A stretch of DNA of 64,000 nucleotides from Octopus vulgaris (GCA_951406725.2 OX597823.1:44082001-44146000), one strand, 5' to 3'. Counted from the stretch's first letter, positions 1-12,940 are shown. Notes: generated by a model not told the origin, from the letters alone. Numbers and translations: made by a program.

Positions 1-94
1 GTCCTCACACGTCCTCCCATTCCTCACTCGCAACAACGAGGTCGACGACCCCCAACAGCTACTCCGAGCGAAACTCCCCCCCCCCCCCCCACCG

Positions 95-1295
95 CAATGT
101 TGGAGAGCATAAAATTAAAGTTGTAGTTGAGAAAAAGTTAGCTGAAATGAGGAATAGAAGCCATTTGACTACTGGAGAAGAGTAACCTGTATCATGATGA
201 TTCGCGCGCGTATCAAAATACCAACATCATGACTGCTGCTCAGTGCTCCGTGAATTCTGTAAAGGTTAAAGGCGGCGAGCTGGCAGAAACGTTAGTACGC
301 CGGGCGAAATGCTAAGCAGTATTTCGTCTGCCGCTACGTTCTGAGTTCAAATTCCGCCGAGGTCAACTTTGCCTTTCATCCTTTCGGGGTCGATTAAATA
401 AGTACCAGTTACGCACTGGGGTCGGTATAATCGACTTAATCTGTTTGTCTGTCCTTGTTTGTCCCCTCTGTATTTATCCCCTTGTGGGTAGTAAAGTAAT
501 AGGTATTTCGTCTGCCGTTACGTTCTGAATTCAAATTCCACCGAGGTCGACTTTGCCTTTCATCCTTTCGGGGTCGATAAATAAAGTACCAGTTACGCAC
601 TGGGGTCGATGTAATCGACTTAATCCGTTTGTCTGTCCTTGTTTGTCCCCTCTATGTTTAGCCCCTTGTGGGCAATAAAGAAATAAATACTGTAAAGGTT
701 GTAAGACGTGACATGGGCATAAAAATCAAGTTCCCTCAGATTGGGTGTGTCTCCAGTGACAGTGACGTCATGCTGCGCCACAGCTTTGAACAGGGCTTTT
801 GGCTCAATTCAGGCGGCTGCGTGAAGCTGCTAGAGACTGTGATCAATCCTTAACTACAGAGGGTTGTTGATGGAAGGTCATGTATGTGGCAGCAGGATTC
901 GGCTCCTCGCCATACCTGCGGAAAGAATCAGAAGTGGTTGTCAAAGGAATAATACGACTTTACCAGCCCCAATTTCTATCCTCCTAATTCTACCGATTGT
1001 AATCCCATGAATTACTATTTGAAGGGCGCCTTTGAAAATGACACCGACCACTCTGTCTTAATCTTGGCCACAAAGGCCGAGCTGATAGCCAAAATTAAAG
1101 AGATTTTCGAAGACCTTCCCAGGGATACAGTGAGAAACGCATGCCCCAGATTCTGGCGCCGTCTTGAAGCCGAGGTGGAAACTGAAGGCGACTCCTTTGA
1201 ATCCAGCCATAATCCAGTTGATATTTTTTACTATTTAAGATACTTTTATTTTTGAATGGCATATTGTGTCTTGTTTTAGGTTTATGTAAATTATA
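95..1295 (+). mobile_element. Degenerate Tc1/mariner DD37D (maT-like) transposon remnant, interrupted by a SINE
   Basis: Broken frames give WQQDSAPRH...PPNSTDCNPMNYY and ACPRFWRRLEAEVETEG. Similar to 52868-53952. Confidence 0.8.
268..685 (+). mobile_element. tRNA-derived SINE (Meta/MESC-like core), 1 head plus 2 tandem 184-bp bodies
   Basis: A/B-box-like head and GCCTTTCATCCTTTCGGGGTCGAT core. Body repeated at 319 and 503. TSD ctgtaaaggtt at 257-267 and 690-700. Confidence 0.9.
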
Positions 1296-1302
1296 TCTAG
1301 TG

Positions 1303-1612
1303 GCGGCGCAATGGCCCAGTGGTTAGGGCTGCGGACTCGCGGTCGGAGGATCGCGGTTTCGATTCCCAGACCGGGCGTTGTGTGTGTTTATTGAGCGAAA
1401 ACACCGACAAGCTCCACGACGCTCCGGCAGGGGGGGGCGACTCTTGTTGTTCTCTTTCGCCACAACTTTCTCTCACTCTCTCTTCCTGTTTCTTGAGTAA
1501 CGCTGCGATGGATTGGCGTCCCGTCTAGCTGGGGGAACACATACGCCACAGAAACCGAGAAACCGGGCCCATGAGCCTGGCTAGGCTTGAAAAGGGCGAC
1601 GTTTATCGCTTT
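1303..1612 (+). mobile_element. tRNA-Arg-derived SINE (second family)
   Basis: Head ggcgcaatggcccagtggttagggctgcggacTCGcggtc...ggtttcgattccc. Related copies at 5950-6150 and 16253-16510. Confidence 0.85.
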
Positions 1613-2289
1613 TTTCTTAACTGTATCTAAGTGAATGTATGTATACACACACACACACACACATACATACATACAAACATACGCACACACGCATGTGTAT
1701 ATATATATATACACACACACACACAGCCTTCACTCCAAAAACATTAGTCAGCTCGGGGTTATTGCGGAAAACATTTGACCAAGGTGGTGCTGCGCAGTGG
1801 GACTGAACTGGAAATCACGTTGTTGCAAACGTACTTCTCAACCGCCCAGCTATACCTGCGCCTATTTATTTATGTATTTATCTATTTCTTACACCTGGTG
1901 GATCCCATCCTACTCCAGATAATTTATTTGTTCCAGAAAAAGGAAGACAGACAATCAGACAGGCAGAAAGAAAGAAGGAAAAAAGGAAGAGAAAGAAAAT
2001 GTACTCAGTAATAGGACTAATGTCATATTTATTGACTTCAAAAGGATAAATGCCAAAGTTGACCACGGTACGATTTGAAACCAGAGCGTAGAGAGCCGGA
2101 ACAAATACCGCAAAGCAATCTCTACGACTCTCTAACAATTCTGCTCGTGGACCACCTGACTGCAGAATATTCGGAGGCCGAGAAGAAACAATGACTTCTA
2201 TTGTTTCTCGCTTATAACTGCTAACTGTGTTATAATTAGCGAAAGGAGGAGGTGTAAGCATTATTGCATCACAAAATATCTCTGACAAC

Positions 2290-2640
2290 GACAAGATGAC
2301 TATATTTTCTGGATATGCCGATTCTCAAAGACAAGGAGATCAAAGAAAATTCTTGCAGACATTGTTGACAAAAGCTGTTCATAAACAAATATCTTCTAAT
2401 CGATGTGTCAGTTCTAACAGACGATGATAATATAGCTCTGAAAAGAAACGGAGAAACTCTCCAAAAATATAAAAGAACTAGAAATTAAAATACACAGTAT
2501 GCGGGATATGAAAATAGAAATATTACCTGTGATAATAATATGTACCGTGGGGTTGATAAAAAGAGATGCTATATATAGCCAAAGCCATGTAACCGATATC
2601 TAAAATAATAGCACTGGAAATATTCACAATGTATTATACA
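2290..2640 (+). mobile_element. Highly degenerate R4-like non-LTR retrotransposon endonuclease fragment
   Basis: Broken frames resemble LIDVSV...KYKELEIKI...IIPVII, parallel to 2877-3179. Confidence 0.55.
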
Positions 2641-2750
2641 TAGTTCACACAAAATTATAAAGGATTTTAAAAAGTTGATGCACATACCGTACATCAACTG
2701 CTCGCTTCAACAAGTTATTGCCTGCAATAACAATAAGGTTAATGCATAAA

Positions 2751-2775
2751 TAACAACAACAACAACAACAACAAC

Positions 2776-2826
<51 letters not shown>
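2751..2826. repeat. (AAC)n(AAT)n microsatellite
   Basis: Directly visible. Confidence 0.95.
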
Positions 2827-2828
<2 letters not shown>

Positions 2829-3332
2829 CGATCAAAAATAACGACAGAACGATCAAGGCTAATCGACCAGACATAATTGTTAAAGACTAGGGAAGAAAAT
2901 ACCTGCAGACTAATAGAGGTAAGCGTCCCCACTGATAACAATATATCTGTAAAGGAATTTGACAAACTTGGTAAATATAAGGACCTGGAAATCGAAATAC
3001 AAAAGATGTGGAATCTTAAAACAAAAACTGTTCCTGTTATTGTAGGTGCCCTAGGTATGATAAAAAAGGGATGTCAGAAACACCTAGACAATATCCCTGG
3101 AGAACCATGTCTCAAGGAAATCCAAAAGATTGTGCTAACAAGTACTGCCCACATCCTTAGAAAAACCCTATCAATGTAAATGTTTGTGTTGTATTACATG
3201 GAGATATTTCTCTACTTCCCCTCCCCAAGCCTTCAGCCATATTTCTACAACTCTTAACCTTCATTTGTCCTAGGGCACTGGGTGTGCCCCGGCAAGTGAT
3301 TGCATCAAACATGCAGATTAAAAGTAAATGAC
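2827..3332 (+). mobile_element. 5'-truncated R4/Dong-like non-LTR retrotransposon 3' end (restriction-like endonuclease)
   Basis: RPDII...LIEVSVPTDNNISVKEFDKLGKYKDLEIEIQKMW...VPVIVGALG is a PD-(D/E)xK restriction-like endonuclease motif. Followed by a 3' UTR and flanked on both sides by (AAT)n. Confidence 0.8.
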
Positions 3333-3369
<37 letters not shown>

Positions 3370-3713
3370 GCCCTGATGTAGTACCAGGCAGTGGTTGTCA
3401 TGGCTCCTGATCTTAACTGATTAAATGTGTTATAATGTACATTGTTTTGTTTTGGTATTAAAGTTGGGCAACGGCAAATATTCTGCTAAATACCATAGAT
3501 TTGCTTGTCAGTTGTTTGACCTTATTCCTTAGTGGCTGACGATATGTGCGTCTCTGATCACGAGCAGAAGTAGTGGGAGAGCATCATAGCCATGTGCTGA
3601 GAAGAATTTTGGCGGATTTGCATAATTTGCCTCTGAAAACATGGGTGTTTTGTTCAACATCCTTAAACAACCCTTATTCAGAGACCTTTTGAGCGGGATG
3701 AGCCACTCGACCT

Positions 3714-3789
3714 GAAGAAGAAGAAGAAGAAGAAGAAGAAGAAGAAGAAGAAGAAGAAGAAGAAGAAGAAGAAGAAGAAGAAGAAGAAA
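3714..3789. repeat. (GAA)n microsatellite
   Basis: Directly visible. Confidence 0.95.
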
Positions 3790-3888
3790 GTGACAACAAT
3801 GGTAGCGAATACAGTATTCTGCTCGTGGAATGGGAGGTGGAAGTTTCATCATTGAAAGTTGAAAGTCTCAAAATTGTATCTACCGATA

Positions 3889-4137
3889 TACATGTCTTTA
3901 TTGCCCACAAGGGGCTAAACACAGAGGGGACAAACAAGGACAGACAAACGGATTAAGTCGATTACATCGATCCCAGTGAATCGATACCAGTGCGTAACTG
4001 GTACTTATTTAATTGACCCCGAAAGAATGAAAGGCAAAGTCGACCTCGGCGGAATTTGAACTCAGAACGTAACGGCAGACGAAATACGGCTACGCATTTC
4101 GCCCGGCGTACTAACGTTTCTGCCAGCTCGCCGCCTT
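3889..4137 (-). mobile_element. tRNA-derived SINE (Meta/MESC-like), full length
   Basis: Reverse complement of the 268 family. TSD aattgtatcta(c/t)gata-like 17-mer at 3872-3888 and 4138-4154 with 1 mismatch. Confidence 0.9.
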
Positions 4138-4599
4138 AATTGTATCTACTGATACAGCGGTAAACGAGTGTAGTAGTAAAAACAACAGCAACATCGGCAA
4201 AAATAATAGCAGCAATGACAACAAAAGCAACAGCGGTAGCAGCAGCGGTAAAGGCACTAAAGTTAACAACGGCAGCAGCACCAGCAGCAGCAGCAACAAC
4301 AATAACGACAGCAGTAATATCGGAGACAGTGGTTGAAGCGACCATAGCAGCGACCGTAGCAGCAGAGGTAGCAACAGTCCTAGCAACATCAATAACTACA
4401 AGAACAGCAACAATGGTTATGCTTCCTTCACGGGAGTAGTCTCCGTAAAGGAACTATAGAGTCTCAGCCTACAAGACAAGTAGACAAAATTAGTAGACAC
4501 CGCTTGATTTAGGAAAATTTAAGGGTGAAGGTTAGAGCTTGCTCCCTCTCCTGAAACTGCAGCTGCAACTGCTAGAAAACTGTTATATATCAATACACG

Positions 4600-5668
4600 A
4601 GTTTAAAAACTCACCGCCTGGAGACTACCACGAACGCACAAGTAGAAAGGGTCCTCCGCCATATATGGCAGGACATCGAACATATATCTAGGACGAAGCA
4701 GTTCGGCAAGGCTGAAGTCCCATGTAAGTCTGAAACTCTTACAGTACAACATTCAGTGGTCGCCCGCCGTATTGAGGATTTCACTCTGTTCTGTAGAGGA
4801 TTTGAAGTGGGCAAGGGCGACGAATGCCCTCGTAGAAATTTGGGCATCGGCGGGCGTCAGATGGCTGGGGTTCTCTGGAGGACTTTCGTTTCAGGCCCTC
4901 TGGATAATTTTCAGAATTTCTTTGCATGGCAATACAATCGGGAAAAAGTGCTGGCTTGGAATAACAGGCGTGGAAGTGCTGTCAGCTGCATTTGACCGAG
5001 ATGCTCGCTGAGCGACGAAACTCATGCTCACACTCGTACAGTACCCGAACATTGTTCACTTGTAAGCTTATGTCGAGCAGCTGCTATCGATGGATGTATT
5101 CGACTATCAGTCGACTCAATTGTGAAGATAATACCAATACCTATCTTTAGCCAGAAAGTGGCAGCAGTTTTCCTCTGTCCGGTGGCTATGGCAAAAAAGT
5201 TGTGTACTGGACGATATTCAAAGGACTGAAGACAAACACTTTCTTCTTTAGCCAAGTCCTTATAAACTTTTAAAGTCCCATTTGAAAAGGCAGGTGAGGG
5301 TTGAGAGGATGGAGCTGCCCGGCAGTAAATTTGTTGAAATATAGGCGAATGTGGAAAGGATAACCTGAATGAGTGGGCCTACATTGAGATTGCCCCAGTA
5401 GGATGGTGAGAAGCAATGCGAGAGAAGTGGGCCTCCTTATGGTGCTCATCAGAGTAGGGGTGATCCTGGATTGATGGAGTCCTTGGTTACCTGTGGTTGG
5501 TACTACCCTCTCTTGTTGAATTTTGTTGTTATGAATTTTCTTAATTGTTATTGCATTATTATTTACAAGTGTATAAAACCCCACCATCCGTTGTCTTTGT
5601 ATTGGCCAGAATGTTTCTTTTGTAACCCTTGTGGTCAATAAAGAAATTATTATTATTATTATTATTAT
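4600..5668 (+). mobile_element. Degenerate LINE 3' end, probably Tx1/L1 clade
   Basis: Remnant zinc knuckle (PRC..SDET..H) near 4995-5045. AATAAA followed by an (ATT)n tail at 5636-5668. Confidence 0.55.
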
Positions 5669-5949
5669 TCCAATCAGGTCTCACGCCATTAGCCTCAAAG
5701 AATAATCTCTAATTCGAGCCTACTCTAAGCTACTAAGAATGCATGTGGCAACTTGAAGATCCATCCACCACACGCGATAGACTGGCGGTTGCATGGGTGC
5801 AAAAGCTACGTTGTTATCCTCATTCCGTAAACGGTGGCTTTTAACGGGTGGAGAGCTGAACCATCCTGGGGTACAGAGGATTCGCAATCTAGACTAGGGT
5901 CTGAAAGTTTACCACACCATAGTGGGTTATACCATGGTTCCTCTGCTTT

Positions 5950-6150
5950 GTGGCAGAAGTAGGAAGAAAGAGTGAGAGAAAGTTGTGGTGAAAGAGTACA
6001 GCGGGGTTCACCCCACCCTCCGCCAGAGCCTCGTGCAGCTTAGGTGTTTTTGCTCAATAAACACTCACAATGCCCTGTCTGGGAATCGAAACCGCGTTCT
6101 TACGACCGCGAGTCCGCTGCCCTAACCACTGGGCCGTTGCGCCTCCACTG
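5950..6150 (-). mobile_element. tRNA-Arg-derived SINE, partial
   Basis: Reverse complement of the 1303 head and body. Confidence 0.8.
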
Positions 6151-7007
6151 CTGCTGCTGTTGTTGTTGCTTGCTGCAATAGCAGTTGTGCAATTATTTGG
6201 ACTTCGAACTTTCAACGCTTTACAAGCATTCACCTTCCGTTTCGTGAGGCCGGTGAAGGAGAAGGACACTGTCACGTGCTGCATGTGTCCTCTCAGATCC
6301 TTCCTCTCCCTTCAGTTTTGCTGCCTGTGGCTGTAGAAGCCGAAGATACCTTTGTAAAACAAAAAATTTGGAAATTATTCTAACATATTTGAGTTCCAAA
6401 GACGAGAAACAAAAGAAGTCAGCCTCCCTTGTGTATTTTAACTTACTCAAACAAACGTTTATTTCACAAAATGTCAACAATCGACAACTTTAGAGCGTAG
6501 AAACAGAGGAACAAACTTGAATCAACTCAAAGCGACGTGATGCTCACATCACTATCATCACCACTACCACAACAACAACAGCAATAACATCATGATGATG
6601 ACGATGATGATGATGATGATGATGATGGTGATGATGATTTCTAACGTAGGCCTCTTCTTCTAAGTCATAAAATGACAATGCGAAAGCGCTATGGAATTTT
6701 ACATGCAGACATACAGCCAAACGGTACATTATAAGCATGACGTCATTTTCTTTGGCAAACATGACAATAGTGTACTAATTATCGATATAGCGCTAACAAA
6801 TGACGACTGCATTTAATGTCATATAAGGCCCACGGCCATGTTTCAACACCATCCACTACCAGCATTCCGATTTCGGCGAGCGATATTAAAACGAATAGTT
6901 TAGTGTATTTAAACATGTGATGTTTATTGAAATATGGTAGCTAGAGTATACTAACAGGGGAGAAACAACTTGAGCAAAACTTGGTACATTGGTACAACAA
7001 GAAAAAC

Positions 7008-7008
<1 letters not shown>

Positions 7009-7049
<41 letters not shown>

Positions 7050-7123
7050 GTGGTGCTGGTGCTGGTGGTGCTGGTGGTGCTGGTGGTGGTGCTGGTGGCG
7101 CTGGTGCTGGTGGTGCTGGTGGT
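7009..7123. repeat. (GAT)n plus (GGT/GCT)n compound microsatellite
   Basis: Directly visible. Confidence 0.95.
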
Positions 7124-7129
7124 GAGAAT

Positions 7130-7340
7130 AATCCTTTCTAATTTTGGCACAAGACCAGCAGTTTTAGTGGGTTGCAGGTTAGTCTTATTATATCGACCTC
7201 AGTACTCGACTGGTACTAATTTTATCGACCCTGAAAGGATAAAAGGTGAAGTCGACCACGGCAGAGTTTGAACCCAGACAGTAAAGACGGACGAAATGCT
7301 GCTAAGCTTTTATTCCGATGGGTTAACAATTCTGTTAGCT
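7130..7340 (-). mobile_element. Older Meta/MESC-like SINE copy
   Basis: ctggtactaattttatcgaccctgaaaggataaaaggtgaagtcgacc matches the family core. Confidence 0.75.
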
Positions 7341-7356
7341 ATCAGTCGTCGTCGTC

Positions 7357-7391
<35 letters not shown>

Positions 7392-7992
7392 GGTGGTGGT
7401 GGTGGTGCAATAAGTTTCAAGAGAAAAACGAAAGCAGCCTTGGCTACAGCAGAAAGCATTTGGTAACAAACAAGCTAGCAATCGAGATGAAAACACGGAT
7501 AAATCAGGAAATGAAACAAGAGCAGCGGCTTCTAGTGAAAATATCAAAACATGAATGCAATAATGAAACATAACTGGATAAATATAAGAAGAAAAACAAA
7601 AACAAACAAAAAAAAAGTACCTTTGCAAATGGCAGAAAGCATTTTGTAACAAAGCATGTTTCCAGTATGGTTGAACATAAAGCTGAAAATCAGATAAAAA
7701 GAGTGCTCATTTACAATGAAAATATATCGTATACATAATACAGTGGTAAAATATTAGAGAGAAAAAAGAGAAACAAAATTAGCTTAGCAATAGCAGAAAG
7801 TATTTGATTTTAATATTTTGTCTTCATAAACCGCTTGCATTTTCTGTGTAATCTATGGGGAATTTTTTTTGTGTGTGTGTAGTGGGGGGAGGGTCTTTTT
7901 TGTTGTTGTTTTTTTTTGTTTTTTTTTTGTTTTTCCATTTCTATCTGTCGATAAACTGTGCCTTTTCATGAATCTGTAAACACCCAACTTTC

Positions 7993-8042
7993 TGTTCATG
8001 CAAAACCCTGAATCTCTTGTTCATGCAAAACCCTGAATCTCT
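7993..8042. repeat. Perfect 25-bp tandem duplication
   Basis: tgttcatgcaaaaccctgaatctct twice. Confidence 0.95.
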
Positions 8043-8216
8043 AAGGCCTTATTCATTATCATTTTAGTAGAAATAGAAATGCATTTCTTAATTCTTCTCG
8101 GTTATTACCTAGTTTTGTTTTAACTCCTTGTCAAGTTCTGGCCTATGTAGGACTCGACAACAAATGTTACTCTTCCCTTCTTAAGAAGTCTGTAAATGTT
8201 GTTCTTGCTTTCAGTT

Positions 8217-8358
8217 TCGTTTATCACTAATTCATTCGTCACTGATCCAGGATAACACAGTACGCTCAACTATGTAATCCGTGATAAGCATAACATGGTT
8301 TACAATTGAGCGCGTTGTGTTATCTCGGAACAGTGATGAATGAATCGGTGAAAAACGA
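8217..8358. repeat. About 140-bp imperfect palindrome (long hairpin)
   Basis: Arms of about 65 bp, tcgtttatcac...aatccgtg and catggtttac...gaaaaacga, are reverse complements around a short loop. Confidence 0.85.
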
Positions 8359-8781
8359 GGATACTTGTAGCATCTAATGTAAGTTTTCAGCTGAGTAGAC
8401 GGAAGCCTGTTCTGGTACTGTTTTCATTATATCATTTGCGGGGAGATGGGTCACTACTATCATTAGCGTTCGGGCGCCAATCATTGACGAGACCAAGGAA
8501 GGTCGAAATCACGTTGTCCGGTAGTCGCGGCACTGAAGGTGGTTGGGGTTTATCTCCCTACTACCGATATAAACAAGAGTGCATTTTGCACCAAAAGCCA
8601 ATGTGGGATTTTCTCTCGTGCTATCCACCGCAGTATAGTTTATTCTAACAGGACATCCACATTTAAGTGGGCATAAATATTAATTCTCGGTATTAACACT
8701 ACTACCTGTGTTGCTAACATACATTTTTCTTGAGATTGTTCAGAAGAACCTAAAATTGCGACATTCGTGTTGTTGTTATCG

Positions 8782-9052
8782 TTGGTGGTGGTGGTGGTGG
8801 TGGTGCTGGTGCTGGTGCTGGTGGTGCTGGTGCTGGTGGTGCTGGTGCTGGTGGTGCTGGTGTTGCTGGTGGTGCTGGTGCTGGTGGTGCTGGTGGTGGT
8901 GGTTTGGTGGTGGTGGTGGTGGTGCTGGTGGTGGTGCTGGTAGTGCTGGTGGTGCTGGTGCTGGTGGTGGTGCTGGTGGTGGTGGTGCTGGTGGTGCTGG
9001 TGGTTTGGTGGTTTGGTGGTGGTGGTGGGGGGGTTGATGCTGCTGCTGCTGC
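8782..9052. repeat. (GGT/GCT)n compound microsatellite
   Basis: Directly visible. Confidence 0.95.
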
Positions 9053-9298
9053 TCAGAACAGAACCATGGACGAAATACCTATTTCTTTACTACCCATAAG
9101 GGGCTAAACACAGAGAGGACAAACGGATTAAGTCGATTATATCGACCCCAGTGCGTAGCTGGTACTTATTTAATTGACCCCGAAAGGATGAAAAGCAAAG
9201 TCGACCTCGGCGGAATTTGAACTGAGAACGTAGCCATGGACGAAATACCGCTAAGCATTTCGCCCGGCGTGCTAAGGATTCTGCCAGATCATCGACTT
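9052..9298 (-). mobile_element. Meta/MESC-like SINE with partial second body at its 3' end
   Basis: Family match. ccatggacgaaatacc occurs at both 9064 and 9234. Confidence 0.85.
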
Positions 9299-9443
9299 AG
9301 ATACATAGAAACTATTAAGCGTATATGCATATATTCATGAGCAGAAAATTACATACACTCCCCTACTCTTACACTGACGCACAATAATTGGCTGATAGGC
9401 TTAACTTCGGAGAAAGGCTTAACCCGTCACATGGTTTAACTTC

Positions 9444-9847
9444 TACTATATGGCTCAGAAACCTGGACGTTATCAAAGAAGCTTGAGAGGCGGTTGGTTG
9501 GAACCTACACTCGCCTCCTTATGAGAGCTCAAAATCTCTCGTGGAAGCGCCATCCAACCAAAATGCAAATATATGGGAAACTACCACCTGTGTCATCTCT
9601 TGTGAAAGGTAAGAGAGTCCAGTTTGCTGGACATTGTTGTAGAGCTGAAAAAGAGGTAATTTCTACTATTCTCCTCTGGAAGCCATCTACTCGCAATACC
9701 AGAGGGCGCACACTCCCCTACCCTGATGTAATCTCCAGGGATACAGGCATCCAGCAACAGGACCTCCGTAATGCCATGATGGACCGTGAAGTCTGGCGTA
9801 GCATGGTAAATTCCATTGTCTCGACCACGGTCGAACAATGATGATGA
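9444..9847 (+). mobile_element. 5'-truncated RTE-clade LINE 3' end
   Basis: LLYGSETWTLSKKLERRLVGTYTRLLMRAQNLSWKRH...FAGHCCR motif, (TGA)n tail, TSD ttaacttc at 9436-9443 and 9848-9855. Confidence 0.85.
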
Positions 9848-10543
9848 TTAACTTCACCTCTGACCCCTTGAATGTTTTTACCTGGAGTTCACTCTATTGC
9901 TAACATTTCGGCCTGGTTCCCGGTTTGAGAAGACCTTCCTTCTTTTCTCTAGTTTCAAGGACCCTATAATGGGGCCGAGTGTACTACCTTCCCTTCTGAC
10001 TGGAACATAAAAGACAAGTGGAAGTTACTCAATATGGTATTATCAATCCGAGTAAAGTATCGACCCGCGAGGAAATGATGATAGAGTGTTTACAATAAAA
10101 AAAAAAACCTGTAACTCAGATGTGTCGAGTCCATACAATATATCTGGATACAATGGTTATATGTGAGTAAAATGTTAATGTGAGGCACTATGGGCTTCGA
10201 AAACTGAATAATTTGTTCAGGAACAGTCTCTGCTTCCCGACTAAAAGGACAAATATTAATTGGTTAAAAACGTTATATGTCACACATTTCCAAGCAGGTA
10301 TCCAAAATATCTTTGATTTACTGTCTTTATTTATCCAATACTTGCGGAAGCTATCTATTTGCTTGATGTTTCTGAACAGTATAAATCACATATAAAATGA
10401 TAATCAAAGTTGAAATAGTGTGCGCTGTAAAAATAATTTTCTCATTCCCAAGAAACACTACTCTTCAGTGCTAAATTAGGAGTTATGTCCCTTAAAAACA
10501 AAATTCCTTGTGTTATTGATATTCAAGTTTTGAAGTATTGTAA

Positions 10544-10680
<137 letters not shown>

Positions 10681-11359
10681 GACGATTTCTTCATCTTCTT
10701 ATGAAGAAGAAAAGGGCCTGAATAGCCAGGGCAAATAATTAGCTGTAAAATATTAATACATTTATAAATTAAAAGATATATCCGTTTAAAAATTTGTTCA
10801 CGCTAGATCACATATACATTTAGCAATATATATACAGGCCAAACAATCTATAATATACGTACATACGCTTAAACATACAGACGCAGGTACATGGCTACAT
10901 ACATATACAGACATTATACATAGGCAAGACATAAATATATACAAATGCATATTTATGTATGCATGCACACACACGCACGCGCACAAAATCTCCTGGTGTG
11001 TGCTTATACTAGTTAGTTTTTACAAGCGAAAGAAAGAAAAGGAAAAAGGGCAGAGAATAATAAGGTGGGGGAGAAAAGGGGCAATTAAGAAAAAGAAATA
11101 AAGAAACAGAAACAGAAAATTAGAGAGGGAAAGGGGGAAATAGATAGAGGTAAAGAAAGTGAAATGATGGGGTACGAAAACTATCTAACGAAGGTTAGAT
11201 ACTTCGTTCAGCTTGAGAAACGTGCACATATAAAAAAAAAAAAGGCACACATAAAATTACATGTGTATCTACATAAATACAAACTTACATTCAAATACAC
11301 ACACACATATAGACATGCATACAAATATACAAAAAATATGTACGCAAATACATTGATTA

Positions 11360-12679
11360 TAATCCCAGAAAGTCCATGACGTCAATTGCAAAAGATATCC
11401 ATGTGTCAGAAGAAACAATTAGAAATTAGACACCTACCATATTCTGAGCGCCTTGTTTTCCTGGGCATGGATTCACTGAAGCTCCGGCGTCTGGCGACGG
11501 ACTTGGTAAACACCCACAAAGTTATCAACCACCTCACCAACAACAACACTGAACACCTTTTTGATCTCCATGTGTCTAACACACGTGGACATGCCTACAA
11601 AGTCAGAAAACAACACAGCTCCCATGACTTTCGGAAACATTTTTTCACGCTCAGAGTTGCTGAAGCATGGAATAAACTGCCTGCGTCAGTTGTTGACTGC
11701 CATGACACTGCATCCTTTAAGGCCCTCATGCTTTCCGAAATCCGCCGAAACTACACCTGATTATATATACACTTTAGATGAGTTGTAGTGCACCTGAGCA
11801 CTGTACACAATTATTATTATTATTATTATTATATAAATATTGTCCACGAAGACATCAGATATAAGTCTCATATGATGAGGAAAGGTCAATTTGTCAGAAA
11901 AAGCAAAAGAAAATCACTGCATCAGATCTAAAAAGTTCTTGAAATCCAGCAGAAGATTGGATTTGGTTTTACTCAAACGGGAAAACTTCGACCAAGATCA
12001 AAAAGTTAACAGTAGAAATGAGAGATGGTTATGTGCAGATACTTCTGAAGTTCCAAGTATTAAGCATACAAAATTTCCTGAAACTGTCATGGTTTTAGGG
12101 GTTGTCAGCAACGAAGGACATGTGATGCCTCCTTACCTCTTTCCACAAGGCCTTAGAGTTAACTCTGCCGCCTACATTGAGGTCCTGGAAATAACCGTTA
12201 AACCCTGGATAGACAATGTATGCAATGGAAGGCCATATGTGTTTCAGTAAAACTCTGCACTATCACACATGGCTCTAGTAGCACAGGAATGGATGGCTGA
12301 AAATTTTCATGATCAAATAATCCCTAACATTTGGCCTCCTAATTCCCCAGATATAAATCCATTGTACTATTACATGTGGAGCGTTGTTGAGAGAGAGGTC
12401 AATGAAGACACCCATAATACCAAAGATTCTTTGAAAGCTCCCATAGTCAGAGTAATGTCCAAAATGAACCAGGACCACTTGATTCGAGCATGTAGATGAT
12501 TTAGATCTCCTACAGAAGCAGTCGCTGATGCTGAAGGTGGATTTATTGAATAACATTACAAAAAAGGTTTAATTTTATCGTCATAGCATTTTTTGATAAA
12601 TAAAGTTATTATCTGTTATTGTATGCCTGTTTTTTTTTATATAAACATAAATTTGTCTTCAAATATTTTACGCACCCTG
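11360..12679 (+). mobile_element. Degenerate DD37D (maT-like) transposon with nested LINE
   Basis: NPRKS..SIAKDIHVSEETIR / NIVHEDIRYKS, VMVLGVVSNEGHVMPP, YVFQ, WPPNSPDINP. Right TIR ends cgcaccctg|TA. Confidence 0.85.
11427..11833 (+). mobile_element. 5'-truncated CR1/L2-type LINE 3' end
   Basis: LPYSERL..LGMDSLKLRR...TRGHAYK...FFTLRVAEAWNKLP, then an (ATT)n tail. The same tail recurs at 42222-42312. Confidence 0.85.
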
Positions 12680-12717
<38 letters not shown>

Positions 12718-12730
12718 TATATGTATATAT

Positions 12731-12778
<48 letters not shown>

Positions 12779-12940
12779 ATATGTGACAATTATTCGATTG
12801 CCATAATAAAACTCCGAGTTTGGGATGTCGGAGTCTTATTATGGCAACCGAATAATTGTCACATATTATATTACAGATAAATTCCTCTATTTACATAATA
12901 TCGAGGTCTCAGTCGTTCTTTTGTTGTCTTACCATTACTA

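Noticed and set aside
1303-1375. tRNA-Arg(TCG)-like sequence, and similar heads at 16253, 22910 and 60400
   Set aside because: Each continues directly into a multi-copy SINE body and lacks a proper acceptor stem, so they are not tRNA genes.
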